Translations under genes and position numbers: made by a program | Part shown: positions 9,543-18,569 of the stretch, in pieces | Position numbering within the stretch: position 1 is the stretch's first letter | Layout: every line of letters starts with the position of its first letter | The notes under the pieces: model-generated | The model's input: only the letters and a program-made list of their open reading frames with translations | Database searches by the model: none | What the model was told of the DNA's origin: nothing | IMG/VR virus record: IMGVR_UViG_3300017763_003980 | Reading direction: 5' to 3' (one strand) | Origin: a virus | Lineage: Duplodnaviria; Caudoviricetes | Length of the DNA: 64,000 nt

Positions 9543-9829
9543 TCTTCAATAACTACTTCGCCGTCTGTTAATCTATAAACAGCAAACTCTTCACTTGAAA
9601 ACATATCGTTTAGTTTTTTAGCTAGATTATGTGCATGGCCTGGGTTGGAAAAAGAAACTTTCTTGTATTTCGGACCTGGGTAGTTAGTCAGCATGTTTGC
9701 ACTTTTTAAATTAAAAGGTTTATCTTTATAAAAAACTGCCCAAATAGCTTCAGCTTCTAACACTTGATCTGACTTATAATTATCGTTATTAATATGCTCC
9801 AATATCACTGTGGGTTTTGGTCTGCTCAT
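9539..9829 (-). CDS. hypothetical protein
   Basis: 96-aa ORF with SD GAGGA; late promoter upstream. Confidence 0.75.
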   Translation of the reverse strand: MSRPKPTVILEHINNDNYKSDQVLEAEAIWAVFYKDKPFNLKSANMLTNYPGPKYKKVSFSNPGHAHNLAKKLNDMFSSEEFAVYRLTDGEVVIEE

Positions 9830-9857
9830 ATGCGTATCCTCTTATTAACTACGCATA

Positions 9858-9864
9858 TATTTAT
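9858..9864 (-). promoter_or_regulatory. T4-type late promoter
   Basis: ATAAATA in the intergenic gap. Confidence 0.6.
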
Positions 9865-9876
9865 CTCTTTTAGAAG

Positions 9877-10674
9877 TTAAGTACCTATATATCCTCCAGC
9901 AAAGTCATAGTAAAAATATTGTGTACCTGTTCGAGGAACATTTGTTACCCATTCTCCGTTTATTATTACTCCACTTTCACTACTAGTTTTGCCATGATAT
10001 TCTTCGCCAGTCATATGTATGCTATTATCTACAGTAAAGATAGGAATTTGTGAAGCTCTAGACAATAATCTAAAATGTGCATCGTGCCACCTTTCGAAGT
10101 ATTCATCTTCATCGTTACCTCTATTGCCGTTTGTACTATGTATAAAGAGACCTACGCCGCCCGTTTTTTGTGCTTCATTTATAATACATTTTCCACCTAA
10201 CCAACTGTGTCCCCATAGATCATTACATATTAATCCAACTATTGGTATATTACACTTTTCTGTAGTCAACCAATGAATTCGAATGCCATCCTTTTCTAAG
10301 TCATTAGGTAATGATGCATCGTGTTCGATAATATGACTTTTATTAGTTACACCAATTAATTCACCATTATTATAAAAACGTATTTGGTTCCTTCTAACTC
10401 TTCCAAAATATTCATCTTCTTGCCACATTGTTCCTAAACAAAGACCTACTTTTTTCTCTGCGGAATATTTTTCTATTTCTGTAAGGGCGGCTTGTACATC
10501 CTCAAAGTTATAATATGGCACATACCCACTAAGACTTCCTTCAGGAGTAACTAAGTAATCAACTTTATTTTCAGAAGCCCAATCAATTGCAGTTTTTATG
10601 GTGATAATATTTTTTTGTATATCTGCTCTTACTGGAATTTGTGCTCCGCCGATACGTATTGATCTTACTTCCAT
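9877..10674 (-). CDS. carbon-nitrogen hydrolase (nitrilase superfamily)
   Basis: E-K-C triad: VTPEGSLSGY, NKSH, LICNDLW. Confidence 0.85.
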   Translation of the reverse strand: MEVRSIRIGGAQIPVRADIQKNIITIKTAIDWASENKVDYLVTPEGSLSGYVPYYNFEDVQAALTEIEKYSAEKKVGLCLGTMWQEDEYFGRVRRNQIRFYNNGELIGVTNKSHIIEHDASLPNDLEKDGIRIHWLTTEKCNIPIVGLICNDLWGHSWLGGKCIINEAQKTGGVGLFIHSTNGNRGNDEDEYFERWHDAHFRLLSRASQIPIFTVDNSIHMTGEEYHGKTSSESGVIINGEWVTNVPRTGTQYFYYDFAGGYIGT

Positions 10675-10907
10675 CCAGACCCGCCATCAAGATTTATTTC
10701 TATTTTTTCATCTGATTGGCTACTTTGTGATACTAATTTTTCCAAGTCGCCTTCTAATCTACTCATTACAATTCCTAATGTAAAAGCTAAATTTTTGGCT
10801 GTTGCAATATCTATTTTAATTTCTCTAGATTGACTAGATTCAGCACTCTTTACCTGTTGAATAAAAAGTTGTAAAGGTATTGTGTTTAATGGCTCAACGG
10901 TTTGCAA
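10665..10907 (-). CDS. hypothetical protein
   Basis: 80-aa ORF overlapping both neighbours. Confidence 0.65.
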   Translation of the reverse strand: MQTVEPLNTIPLQLFIQQVKSAESSQSREIKIDIATAKNLAFTLGIVMSRLEGDLEKLVSQSSQSDEKIEINLDGGSGWK

Positions 10908-11361
10908 TTGACAACTCCGATCTCATTTCAACATCTGTTTTAAACGGTCCTTTATATCCATATCTTTCCACAGTAACTAATTTAGGACAAAAACTTTTAA
11001 CCCATCCTTTATCAAACTTAATAATATAATATCCTGCACAATACAAACTATTTGATTTTAAAGACTTTGTAAACAAAGGTAGTTTGCGTTGTACATCATA
11101 CATTGTATTATGTGGTGTAACACTAGTTGGATAACCGTGTACAATTTTTTCTGATGTTGTTATAGTCTTTGGGACATCCTCGTCCCAGTGTATTGTTCCT
11201 AATTTTTTACTAATTTGCTTTGTATTGTCAAAGAAACAAGTTTCGTTATTACACGAATATAGGTATCGTTCGTCATTATAACTTAGTGTTCCAACTTTTT
11301 TACCATCATCTTCTACTATCCAAAATTTATTTTTTAAAACAGTATTTGCTTTTATTGTCAT
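10894..11361 (-). CDS. hypothetical protein
   Basis: Start refined to the ATG at 11361 (MTIKANTVLKNKFW), which forms an ATGA overlap with the RNase H stop. Confidence 0.7.
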   Translation of the reverse strand: MTIKANTVLKNKFWIVEDDGKKVGTLSYNDERYLYSCNNETCFFDNTKQISKKLGTIHWDEDVPKTITTSEKIVHGYPTSVTPHNTMYDVQRKLPLFTKSLKSNSLYCAGYYIIKFDKGWVKSFCPKLVTVERYGYKGPFKTDVEMRSELSIANR

Positions 11362-12344
11362 ACAGGGTACCTCGCTTGTAAAGGGGTTGCATATAGCTGT
11401 GCTTGATCTGCAATACGTTGCATATCCCACTTAGCACAGAACTTCATAAGACGCATACCTACTTGTTGTACTTCTTTAGGGGTCATTGCTTCTTCTATAG
11501 TATCGTTAATAATAGTTCTAATGTTATCAGGCTGTGCAGTGAGATCGCACAATATAACATTACGTTGATAATCTTCTAGCACACGATGCTCTACACCATC
11601 ATGATCAGTCCAACGTTGTAGCATCATGTTATTCCAGTTGTAGCCCTTTGTGTCTTTGTCTGCAAATGCTTCTAGTAGTCCAACTTTATTTTTAGTACCT
11701 TTCTTACGTACACCTGGATATGCACTAAACACGTTGTCGCTAGTGTCACCACGCATACATTTCTCAAATAACATAAATGCAGGCACAGGTGCAGGCTTCG
11801 GCTCTTTAGTTTTCTTATCAATAACATGTTCACCTTTGTCTGTAAAATAGCCTTCATGAGTGATAGTTGTATTACTAACACCATTGTATTGTTTACAGTT
11901 AGGAGCAATTAGTTGTGCAAAGTCACCGTCTGTACTAATGATTACATGTGTGTCTTTAGGATGTGCTTGTACCCAGCCTGCAATAAGATCATCTGCTTCT
12001 AGTTGCGGATGTTGCATAACAGTACAATTAGTTTTGTCTGTAACAAAGTCCTTAAACTCATCAAAGATCTCCCAAAACAATGTATCTTCTTCTGCTTCTT
12101 TTACTGTAAGTGCATCACGTGCTACTTGCCTATTACGTTTGTAAGGTTCGTAAAAGTCCTTACGCCAACTACGACCTTCTAAGCAAAACACAACATGATC
12201 AGCATCAAAGTCTTGCCAAGCCTTCTTAATGCTGTTAAGTGTAATATGTAGTGCCATGCCTACCTTAGTGTCAAGGTCACCACGAACTACATGTCTAGCA
12301 CGAAAGAATGTATTTGCAGTGTCTACTAGTACATATGTACTCAT
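11358..12344 (-). CDS. rnh: T4 RNase H-like 5'-3' exonuclease (FEN/PIN fold)
   Basis: VLVDTAN, FCLEGRSWRK, EADD, STDGDFAQL and GDTSDNV acidic motifs. Confidence 0.88.
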   Translation of the reverse strand: MSTYVLVDTANTFFRARHVVRGDLDTKVGMALHITLNSIKKAWQDFDADHVVFCLEGRSWRKDFYEPYKRNRQVARDALTVKEAEEDTLFWEIFDEFKDFVTDKTNCTVMQHPQLEADDLIAGWVQAHPKDTHVIISTDGDFAQLIAPNCKQYNGVSNTTITHEGYFTDKGEHVIDKKTKEPKPAPVPAFMLFEKCMRGDTSDNVFSAYPGVRKKGTKNKVGLLEAFADKDTKGYNWNNMMLQRWTDHDGVEHRVLEDYQRNVILCDLTAQPDNIRTIINDTIEEAMTPKEVQQVGMRLMKFCAKWDMQRIADQAQLYATPLQARYPV

Positions 12345-12373
12345 AAGTCAATCCTTAAATAATTTATAATACT

Positions 12374-12402
12374 ATTATAGCACCAGATCTGGCTTGCGTC
12401 AA
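12374..12402 (-). promoter_or_regulatory. sigma70-like promoter
   Basis: TTGACG-N17-TATAAT upstream of rnh. Confidence 0.7.
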
Positions 12403-13088
12403 CCACTTTCGTTAGACTGTAAATCATCTTCTATATTGAAAAATTCTTCTGATATTATATTTTCGCCAACACTATAATATGGAGGCATATCGAGATATAA
12501 ATCAAATGCTATACTTACCCTTGGAGTTGTTCCAGTATACTCTGGAACAGCATGTTCGACGTAACTTGGAAATAGAGTCATTCCACCTTTGAAGTTTGAT
12601 ACCTCTTGACCTTGCTCCATATGCTCGTAGTATGTACATGTCTCATAGTCATCCAAATGCATATTACCACTTAAATATGCACTAAACATAGCACTGTGCC
12701 TATGTTTTGTAATACGATCTCCTTTGCGTACTACATTAAACCAACTACCAATACGTAGATTATATGGTCTAGTTCCATCTTGCATAATATAGTTAAAGTA
12801 TTGAAATTTAAGCCATTTTAGTAAATCTCCTATTTCAGGACATTCATCTTTAAATTCAAATGTATTAAATCGACCATGCCTAGTAGTAACATTGTTAGCG
12901 TCTAATCCTGTTCTACCATCATTACGATAAGGTAAGTCATTAATAATCTTTTTTTCTTTAGCTAAAAGGAATTCTCGAATAGTGTCTACTTTGTCGCTTT
13001 CATCCCATTGTGCAAATCCAAGAGGAGCGTTCCAAACTGGAGCATAAGGAGATATTGGATGCTCACTTTTAAGTCTAAGTATTTCCAT
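12399..13088 (-). CDS. 2OG-Fe(II) oxygenase superfamily protein (TIGR02466-like)
   Basis: SWFNV...KHRH...LSGNMH...FPSYVEHAV...RVSIAFD. Confidence 0.78.
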   Translation of the reverse strand: MEILRLKSEHPISPYAPVWNAPLGFAQWDESDKVDTIREFLLAKEKKIINDLPYRNDGRTGLDANNVTTRHGRFNTFEFKDECPEIGDLLKWLKFQYFNYIMQDGTRPYNLRIGSWFNVVRKGDRITKHRHSAMFSAYLSGNMHLDDYETCTYYEHMEQGQEVSNFKGGMTLFPSYVEHAVPEYTGTTPRVSIAFDLYLDMPPYYSVGENIISEEFFNIEDDLQSNESG

Positions 13089-13498
13089 TAGCTAACCTCA
13101 GACTTTCCATCTCCTGTTGAAACTATTTTAATATGTCCCATATCTCTATCTGTAGACTGTCCTTCTTCCTCTAACATTTGTACTACAATACTCTTAAACC
13201 AAGCATCTACTATAGCTTCATTTGTTTCGCCTTGATACCCTGCATCTAGTAGTTCTTCAATAAATTGATTGTTCCAATCTAATTCAAAGAATCCATTTTT
13301 AATATTTTCTGGATTAAGTTGTGTATCAAGAACTGCTACCCAAGCCTTACCTGCTTTAGTAGCTTCTTCTTTTTCACGTTCAAGCACTGCCCTACGTTCT
13401 TCTTCTGAAGTAGATTGCACTTGTACTTCAGGTTCGACTTTCTTTTTACCTAATGTATTGTTTACAAAGTTTGCAAACCAACTTTTATCTTTTTTCAT
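13088..13498 (-). CDS. hypothetical protein
   Basis: 136-aa ORF with SD GGAGAGG. Confidence 0.7.
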   Translation of the reverse strand: MKKDKSWFANFVNNTLGKKKVEPEVQVQSTSEEERRAVLEREKEEATKAGKAWVAVLDTQLNPENIKNGFFELDWNNQFIEELLDAGYQGETNEAIVDAWFKSIVVQMLEEEGQSTDRDMGHIKIVSTGDGKSEVS

Positions 13499-13506
13499 AT
13501 CCTCTC

Positions 13507-13611
13507 CTAAAAACCTTTCTGTCTTAGCCTTTCTATATCTATCGGTGCTTTCATAGCTTTTGATAGTTTTTCTTGTCTTTCGCGTTCGACTTTATCATGT
13601 ACCCCATGCAT
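13507..13611 (-). CDS. possible 34-aa peptide
   Basis: MHGVHDKVERERQEKLSKAMKAPIDIERLRQKGF fills the gap after queE and overlaps its end; weak SD. Confidence 0.35.
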   Translation of the reverse strand: MHGVHDKVERERQEKLSKAMKAPIDIERLRQKGF

Positions 13612-14494
13612 TTCCGAATAAGGATATGTGGAGTCTTGGGGTGAAACGCCATCCTCTTTCCATACACGCCTCCGCAACTTCTTGAACATTAAGGTTGTAC
13701 TCTTCCGAACGTCCGCCCAGCGGCATAAGATATACTGGACAGTCGACCCCGGCGCTACGATACTCTTCGACAGCTCTAGTAACTTCATCAAAGTCATCTT
13801 TAGTAGCAACCACAAACTTAAGATAGATATTGCTACCATCCACATTGCTATACTCACTAGCAACATCAGGCTTAATAGCAGTATCCCAAGGTTCTCCGCT
13901 AACTGATAGTTTTGGGGAACAAGACCAAGTAACTTCAAATCTGTCTTGATTGCTGAGATAGTCGCAGAAATCATCTTTGAGACGTTGCGTAGTATTTGTT
14001 TCAAATGTAACATTTTTTAAATCCTGCATGCGTGGATGTTCGAATAGCTCAATGTAAAGCCGTTGCCACGCTAACAACGGTTCACCGCCTGTCATAATTA
14101 AATGTATATCTTGTCCATTATCCATTGTCCACTTACCTTCAGGAGTAAGTGAAAGAAGATGTTCTACTACTTCATCTACTTCTTTTTGCTTATTAAAATG
14201 CTTAAACTCAGGATAGATACTTGCATAAGTATCACAGCCTGTGTGTATAATAGGCAAATCGTTAAAGTCTACAGTTGTTTTATGTACATCTTTTGCAATT
14301 AATTCTGCAACCTCTGCATTATGCTTTTTACCTGCTTTGTGTTGTTCCCAACGATCTCTTGTTTCATCTGTACCAAAATTCATACAACGAAAGTTACAAC
14401 CGAAGGTACGTAGGAATACACTAGGGACTCCTACAAATCTACCTTCACCTTGTACAGAGTAAAAAGCTTCTGAGTATCTAAGCTTATTTCCCAC
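13595..14494 (-). CDS. queE: 7-carboxy-7-deazaguanine synthase (radical SAM)
   Basis: Start refined to GTG at 14494. EAFYSVQGEG, VFLRTFGCNFRC...GCDT, MTGGEP, TFETN, SCSPK and PRLH motifs. Confidence 0.9.
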   Translation of the reverse strand: MGNKLRYSEAFYSVQGEGRFVGVPSVFLRTFGCNFRCMNFGTDETRDRWEQHKAGKKHNAEVAELIAKDVHKTTVDFNDLPIIHTGCDTYASIYPEFKHFNKQKEVDEVVEHLLSLTPEGKWTMDNGQDIHLIMTGGEPLLAWQRLYIELFEHPRMQDLKNVTFETNTTQRLKDDFCDYLSNQDRFEVTWSCSPKLSVSGEPWDTAIKPDVASEYSNVDGSNIYLKFVVATKDDFDEVTRAVEEYRSAGVDCPVYLMPLGGRSEEYNLNVQEVAEACMERGWRFTPRLHISLFGNAWGT

Positions 14495-15173
14495 ACGCGA
14501 ACTCCTGCTGAAGTTTAACATTATCGATAAACTCTTTTTTAGTTGCAGGATCGTCTTTAAATGCACCACGCAATACAGTTGTTTGTGTTAGACTACTTTT
14601 TGCTCTAATACCTCTGTTCTCACAACAACCATGTGTCGCTTGTACGTATACGCCAACGTGTTCACTACCAGTTTGCTCTTGTATTGCATTTGCAATCATA
14701 ACATTAAGCTCTTCTTGTAGTGTTCCTCGCATAGCACACCATTGTGCAATACGTGTGTACTTGCTAAGACCTAATAGTTTAGGACCTGCAATAATACCAA
14801 TGTATGCCACACCTTTTACTGTTTGGTGATGATGCGAACATAAACTTGTAAGTTCACTACGCACAACCAACATACCTTCATAACCACCTTCAATGTAGTT
14901 AGGAAATGCACTTGGGTTAGGCATTGTATCATAACGACCAGACATAATTTCATTAATGTACATCTTAGCCATACGCCTTGCGGTGTCTTGACTGTTAGGA
15001 TCTGTTTTTGTATCAATTAACAGTGTTTGTAATACATTTTCGAAAGCAGGAACTGCTTCTTCAATTAGTTGTTGCTTGTCGCCTTCTTCAAGTACTTCAC
15101 TAATGTTATCATTAGCCCAGTATCTAATACCAGCTTCTTCTAGCTTTGTTTTAATTTCTTCTACTTTGCTCAC
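14484..15173 (-). CDS. folE: GTP cyclohydrolase I
   Basis: TARRMAKMY, SLCSHH, GLSKYTR, RGTLQE, HGCCENRG. Confidence 0.95.
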   Translation of the reverse strand: MSKVEEIKTKLEEAGIRYWANDNISEVLEEGDKQQLIEEAVPAFENVLQTLLIDTKTDPNSQDTARRMAKMYINEIMSGRYDTMPNPSAFPNYIEGGYEGMLVVRSELTSLCSHHHQTVKGVAYIGIIAGPKLLGLSKYTRIAQWCAMRGTLQEELNVMIANAIQEQTGSEHVGVYVQATHGCCENRGIRAKSSLTQTTVLRGAFKDDPATKKEFIDNVKLQQEFACGK

Positions 15174-15240
15174 GTTTTATATCTCCGATGTTAAGGCAGT
15201 GGATTGCCATTAATAATAAAATACAATGCACAATAATATT

Positions 15241-15269
15241 ATTATACATTGTATTTAGGTTTTTGTCAA
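15241..15269 (-). promoter_or_regulatory. sigma70-like promoter for folE-queE
   Basis: TTGACA-N17-TATAAT. Confidence 0.8.
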
Positions 15270-15274
15270 GTATT

Positions 15275-15484
15275 TTATACAAAATACTTTTCTAGCATAT
15301 CAATACGGTCTTGTGCGGCCGCCATTTGATCAAGCTCTTTCTGTATCGTTTCAATGATATCAGAATGTTCACCAATGCCTACAACCTTTTGCATGTAAAC
15401 TTCGATGTTAGTCTTATGCAACTCTAACTCCGCCTCGGCGTGTTTGATAGCTGCATTCACCATTTGTTGCTTCAAATTATCCAT
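15275..15484 (-). CDS. hypothetical protein
   Basis: Start refined to the ATG at 15484 after SD GGAGAAAGG; helical, contains VGIGEHSD. Confidence 0.7.
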   Translation of the reverse strand: MDNLKQQMVNAAIKHAEAELELHKTNIEVYMQKVVGIGEHSDIIETIQKELDQMAAAQDRIDMLEKYFV

Positions 15485-15503
15485 ACCTTTCTCCAATATT
15501 TGG

Positions 15504-15887
15504 TTAACTTAACTGGTAATTACCTTTTTCTGGAATAACATGTCTAACGCCACCACGTGGGTCTTTAGTGTCACCATCTCTTCTAAAAATCAAATGCACG
15601 TGGGGGTACATGCAAGTTTGCCCTGCACTCTCGCCTACATTCAACCCGACATTGTATCCAGTAATATTGTTTCTATTACTTTGCACATTGTCGTAACCCA
15701 TAGTAACTGCATAATTAAAACACTTGAGGATATTCTCTTGTGTTGCTTCTCTAGGTACGATAAGAGTATGTCCTTCTGTAACCGGATAAGCATCTTTATA
15801 TACTATGAAATCTCGTGTCTCCAATTCGACATCTGTCCACGGAGCTCTGTTGTCTTGTTGTGCTAATGTTAGTGTATCAGCTTTCAT
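15504..15887 (-). CDS. HIT family hydrolase
   Basis: DAYPVTEGHTLIVP, GLNVGESAGQT, PHVHL. Confidence 0.9.
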   Translation of the reverse strand: MKADTLTLAQQDNRAPWTDVELETRDFIVYKDAYPVTEGHTLIVPREATQENILKCFNYAVTMGYDNVQSNRNNITGYNVGLNVGESAGQTCMYPHVHLIFRRDGDTKDPRGGVRHVIPEKGNYQLS

Positions 15888-16444
15888 TCGTATTTACCTA
15901 CGTTTTCCCAAGGGTAAACTAACCAAACATCTTCCTCAGCTTTGTTTACTTCGTGGGCATAAAAATTAGTATGATGGAAGTCGCTAGCTAAGTTTTCTGT
16001 AAGCACTGCAAACTTTACACTGTTGCCCCAAACACTTGCCCAAGCATTATCTTCATGGGGGAAACAACCTGACATCCAGTCATTTCTAATCCAATTAAAA
16101 GTAGCACCAGTGTCATTGATATCGTCTACAATAAGAATCTTTTTTCGTCTATCAGGATCCCATCTGCTTTTATATGTTCCTTGCTCATTATAAGGAACAA
16201 TGCCAAATGCATCTTCGGCCATTGAACAGTTACTTTCTAATATGCTACCGTCACGTAGGCTAACTTTAATTGCTTCACATGGTATACCAGTCATGTTACT
16301 AATAATTGTAGCGGGAACATTGCCACCCCTTGTAATACCTACAATATAATCAGGCTTATAGTTACTTGTATACATTGTAGTTACAATTTCTGTACACATT
16401 GTTTCAACGTCTTTCCAACTATAGAAATGCTTATTGATTACCAT
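15884..16444 (-). CDS. type I phosphoribosyltransferase (xanthine/guanine PRT-like)
   Basis: VGITRGG, PRPP loop ILIVDDINDTGAT, C-terminal WLVYPWE. Confidence 0.88.
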   Translation of the reverse strand: MVINKHFYSWKDVETMCTEIVTTMYTSNYKPDYIVGITRGGNVPATIISNMTGIPCEAIKVSLRDGSILESNCSMAEDAFGIVPYNEQGTYKSRWDPDRRKKILIVDDINDTGATFNWIRNDWMSGCFPHEDNAWASVWGNSVKFAVLTENLASDFHHTNFYAHEVNKAEEDVWLVYPWENVGKYE

Positions 16445-16913
16445 TTAAATACTCCTCACTGTCTACCCAAGTATAACCACCGTCTGAATAAGAAGTGCCA
16501 AACTTAAAAGGCATAAAGCCCCAGCTTTTTGCTTTCTTACCCATATAAAAAAGACTCCAACAAGGTATTTCATTACCATCTTCGTCTTTAGCTAATTCTA
16601 ACCAATGTAGATCATCTGAATCACGATATCTAAAATGCCCTGGTCCTCGCCATACTGACTTACTACCTACAACAGCACCTTCTCGTGATCGAATAGGTAT
16701 ATGCTCATAGTAACCGCCTTTAAGAATTAGTGTTGCATAAGACCATGGATGATCATGTAACACTTCTTCGTCACTCTTTAAAACTTTGTGTAGAGTAAAG
16801 TTAAAAGGAAACCATGTACGATCTTTTAAAAATAGATAGTATCTTATAAGATAAGGAATTTTACCTGCTCTATCGTAAATTACTCTTTTTCTGTTTTTGA
16901 AAAAACTAATCAT
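16431..16913 (-). CDS. cupin-fold protein
   Basis: LHKV...LHDHPWSYATLILKGGY-E...HWL, WSLF. Confidence 0.7.
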   Translation of the reverse strand: MISFFKNRKRVIYDRAGKIPYLIRYYLFLKDRTWFPFNFTLHKVLKSDEEVLHDHPWSYATLILKGGYYEHIPIRSREGAVVGSKSVWRGPGHFRYRDSDDLHWLELAKDEDGNEIPCWSLFYMGKKAKSWGFMPFKFGTSYSDGGYTWVDSEEYLNGNQ

Positions 16914-17301
16914 TTACTTTTTTCTTCCCCATCCAATCTTGATGAACCATTTTGTAAGTAACTTTAAAATTATCAAATGCTTTGCTCAATCCTGGATACT
17001 CTGCACACATGTCTTGTATTTTATTTAAAGTAGGTAATTGGTCTACAAAATCTACTGGATCGTGTGTAGTTAAAGTAATATCATCACTACCAAATGTAAT
17101 ATCACCACCAGTACTGATTGTAAATGTTGATGCAGGATTACTACCAATTGTAAGTGTATCAGTTGTCCAAGAGCTCATTGTAGCAGAACTGTCGATATAA
17201 CTAGTATCAATAGTATCACTTACACCAGTAAGTTTTATAGTATAATCATTATCATTTGTAAAAATATCTAACTGCTCTTTCCAATCATCGTTATTACTCA
17301 C
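16906..17301 (-). CDS. hypothetical Thr/Asp-rich protein
   Basis: Start refined to GTG at 17301 after SD GAGGAG. Confidence 0.65.
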   Translation of the reverse strand: MSNNDDWKEQLDIFTNDNDYTIKLTGVSDTIDTSYIDSSATMSSWTTDTLTIGSNPASTFTISTGGDITFGSDDITLTTHDPVDFVDQLPTLNKIQDMCAEYPGLSKAFDNFKVTYKMVHQDWMGKKKVND

Positions 17302-18352
17302 CTTTAATCTCCTCGTAAAGATCCTTGCCACTAAAAAAGTTTTTCTTAAGTTTGTTAGTTTGCTTTTGTAAAGCTGGAAGATAGTCGTCATAATTTTCCA
17401 TGTACTCAATTATTTTATCTATTACGTCTTGCTTATGTAACAAATAAGTTTGAAAATCTTTAGTCCATTCACTTGGATACTTAAATGTATCTGTAGCCAT
17501 TTCTGAATAGCTAAGTCTGTCTGGTACCATAGGAATTGCATCAACTACTGCGCCTTCATACCAACTAATACCTAGTGTTTCCTGTAAGTTTGCACTAAAC
17601 ACCATCTTAGCTTCACCAAGTAAATTATGATATTCATTCTTTGTTAGTTGTTGCTCTTGGCATACAATAAAATCATATTGTGGAAGTGACTGTCGAAGAT
17701 CATTAAAGATATCAACTTGCTTTTCAGGAGCAATTCTATGTGGAAATAATATTACATCACGTTTTTCCATATGTCGATATTGCTCTAAAGAAGTACAAAG
17801 ATACTCCATAGGCCATCCAACACGTACACTTTTTCTTTCAAAGTCTAATTCAGCTGATGCAAAGGCATCTTCGAACATATCAATGTGGAATTCGGTTGCA
17901 AAAAAATTATGATCATAACACTCATACATACTTGCTTCTGCAAGCCTAACCCAAGGTTTATCACCTATGAGTCTACCTAAAAAGTCTTGTGGATCATAAC
18001 TACCTGCATGCCACATGCCACCAATATAAATGTCAACACCTAGTAGCTCTGCCATATAACGAAGCTGTATAACAGTAGGGTTCCAAGCGTCGGTATACAA
18101 AAAATAGTCGCCATCACTAATCTTTCCTTTGCAGAAAAGCTCACCGATTTGTTCGAGTTGCTTGCTTTTATATACATTTGTTCCTCCGAAATTAAGGAAA
18201 GCTCCAGGCGTAGTTGCCTGAGGCGTTTCCCCTCCACTTATAACTAAAACTTCTTCATTTGTAGCTCGCTTTAATTGCTTTGGAAGATGCTCCTTCCATT
18301 GTGCAGTGTAACGAGTATCAACTGCTTCGATATCTACAATATGAATTGTCAT
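17294..18352 (-). CDS. GT-B glycosyltransferase (GT4-like)
   Basis: FPHRIAPEKQ and the E-x7-E motif ETLGISWYE; N-terminal WHAGSYD. Confidence 0.78.
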   Translation of the reverse strand: MTIHIVDIEAVDTRYTAQWKEHLPKQLKRATNEEVLVISGGETPQATTPGAFLNFGGTNVYKSKQLEQIGELFCKGKISDGDYFLYTDAWNPTVIQLRYMAELLGVDIYIGGMWHAGSYDPQDFLGRLIGDKPWVRLAEASMYECYDHNFFATEFHIDMFEDAFASAELDFERKSVRVGWPMEYLCTSLEQYRHMEKRDVILFPHRIAPEKQVDIFNDLRQSLPQYDFIVCQEQQLTKNEYHNLLGEAKMVFSANLQETLGISWYEGAVVDAIPMVPDRLSYSEMATDTFKYPSEWTKDFQTYLLHKQDVIDKIIEYMENYDDYLPALQKQTNKLKKNFFSGKDLYEEIKGE

Positions 18353-18355
18353 TAG

Positions 18356-18547
18356 TTACTTCCTTTTATTAAAGCCGGCCTTCTTAGCACGAAGCCACCC
18401 ACGATACCTTTCGTAAGCTTGCCAGTTTGGATCGCTCTTTTTGTAAAGAGCTTTTTCATCAAACTTCTTTCCCTCAAAGCGGCAATAGTCGCGATAAGCG
18501 TCGAGGTCGTTGAAGATCTTTGCCACAACCGGGTTTTTAATAGACAT
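18356..18547 (-). CDS. hypothetical basic protein
   Basis: Start refined to the ATG at 18547 (MSIKNPVVAKIF), 63 aa. Confidence 0.6.
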   Translation of the reverse strand: MSIKNPVVAKIFNDLDAYRDYCRFEGKKFDEKALYKKSDPNWQAYERYRGWLRAKKAGFNKRK

Positions 18548-18569
18548 AGTATAATTCTTCCTTTTGTCA

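Noticed and set aside
12383-12392. Palindrome CCAGATCTGG in the rnh promoter spacer
   Set aside because: A single 10-bp palindrome, not seen at other promoters, is plausible by chance
13507-14013. 168-aa minus-strand ORF overlapping queE
   Set aside because: Alternative frame inside queE; only the last 34 codons are kept as a low-confidence peptide
14495-14569. N-terminal extension of queE in the track
   Set aside because: Overlaps folE; QueE homology begins at the GTG at 14494
15174-15240. Canonical preQ1-I or THF-II riboswitch upstream of folE
   Set aside because: The loop is too short and the A-rich 3' tract and consensus are absent as I recall them; kept only as an unassigned structured leader
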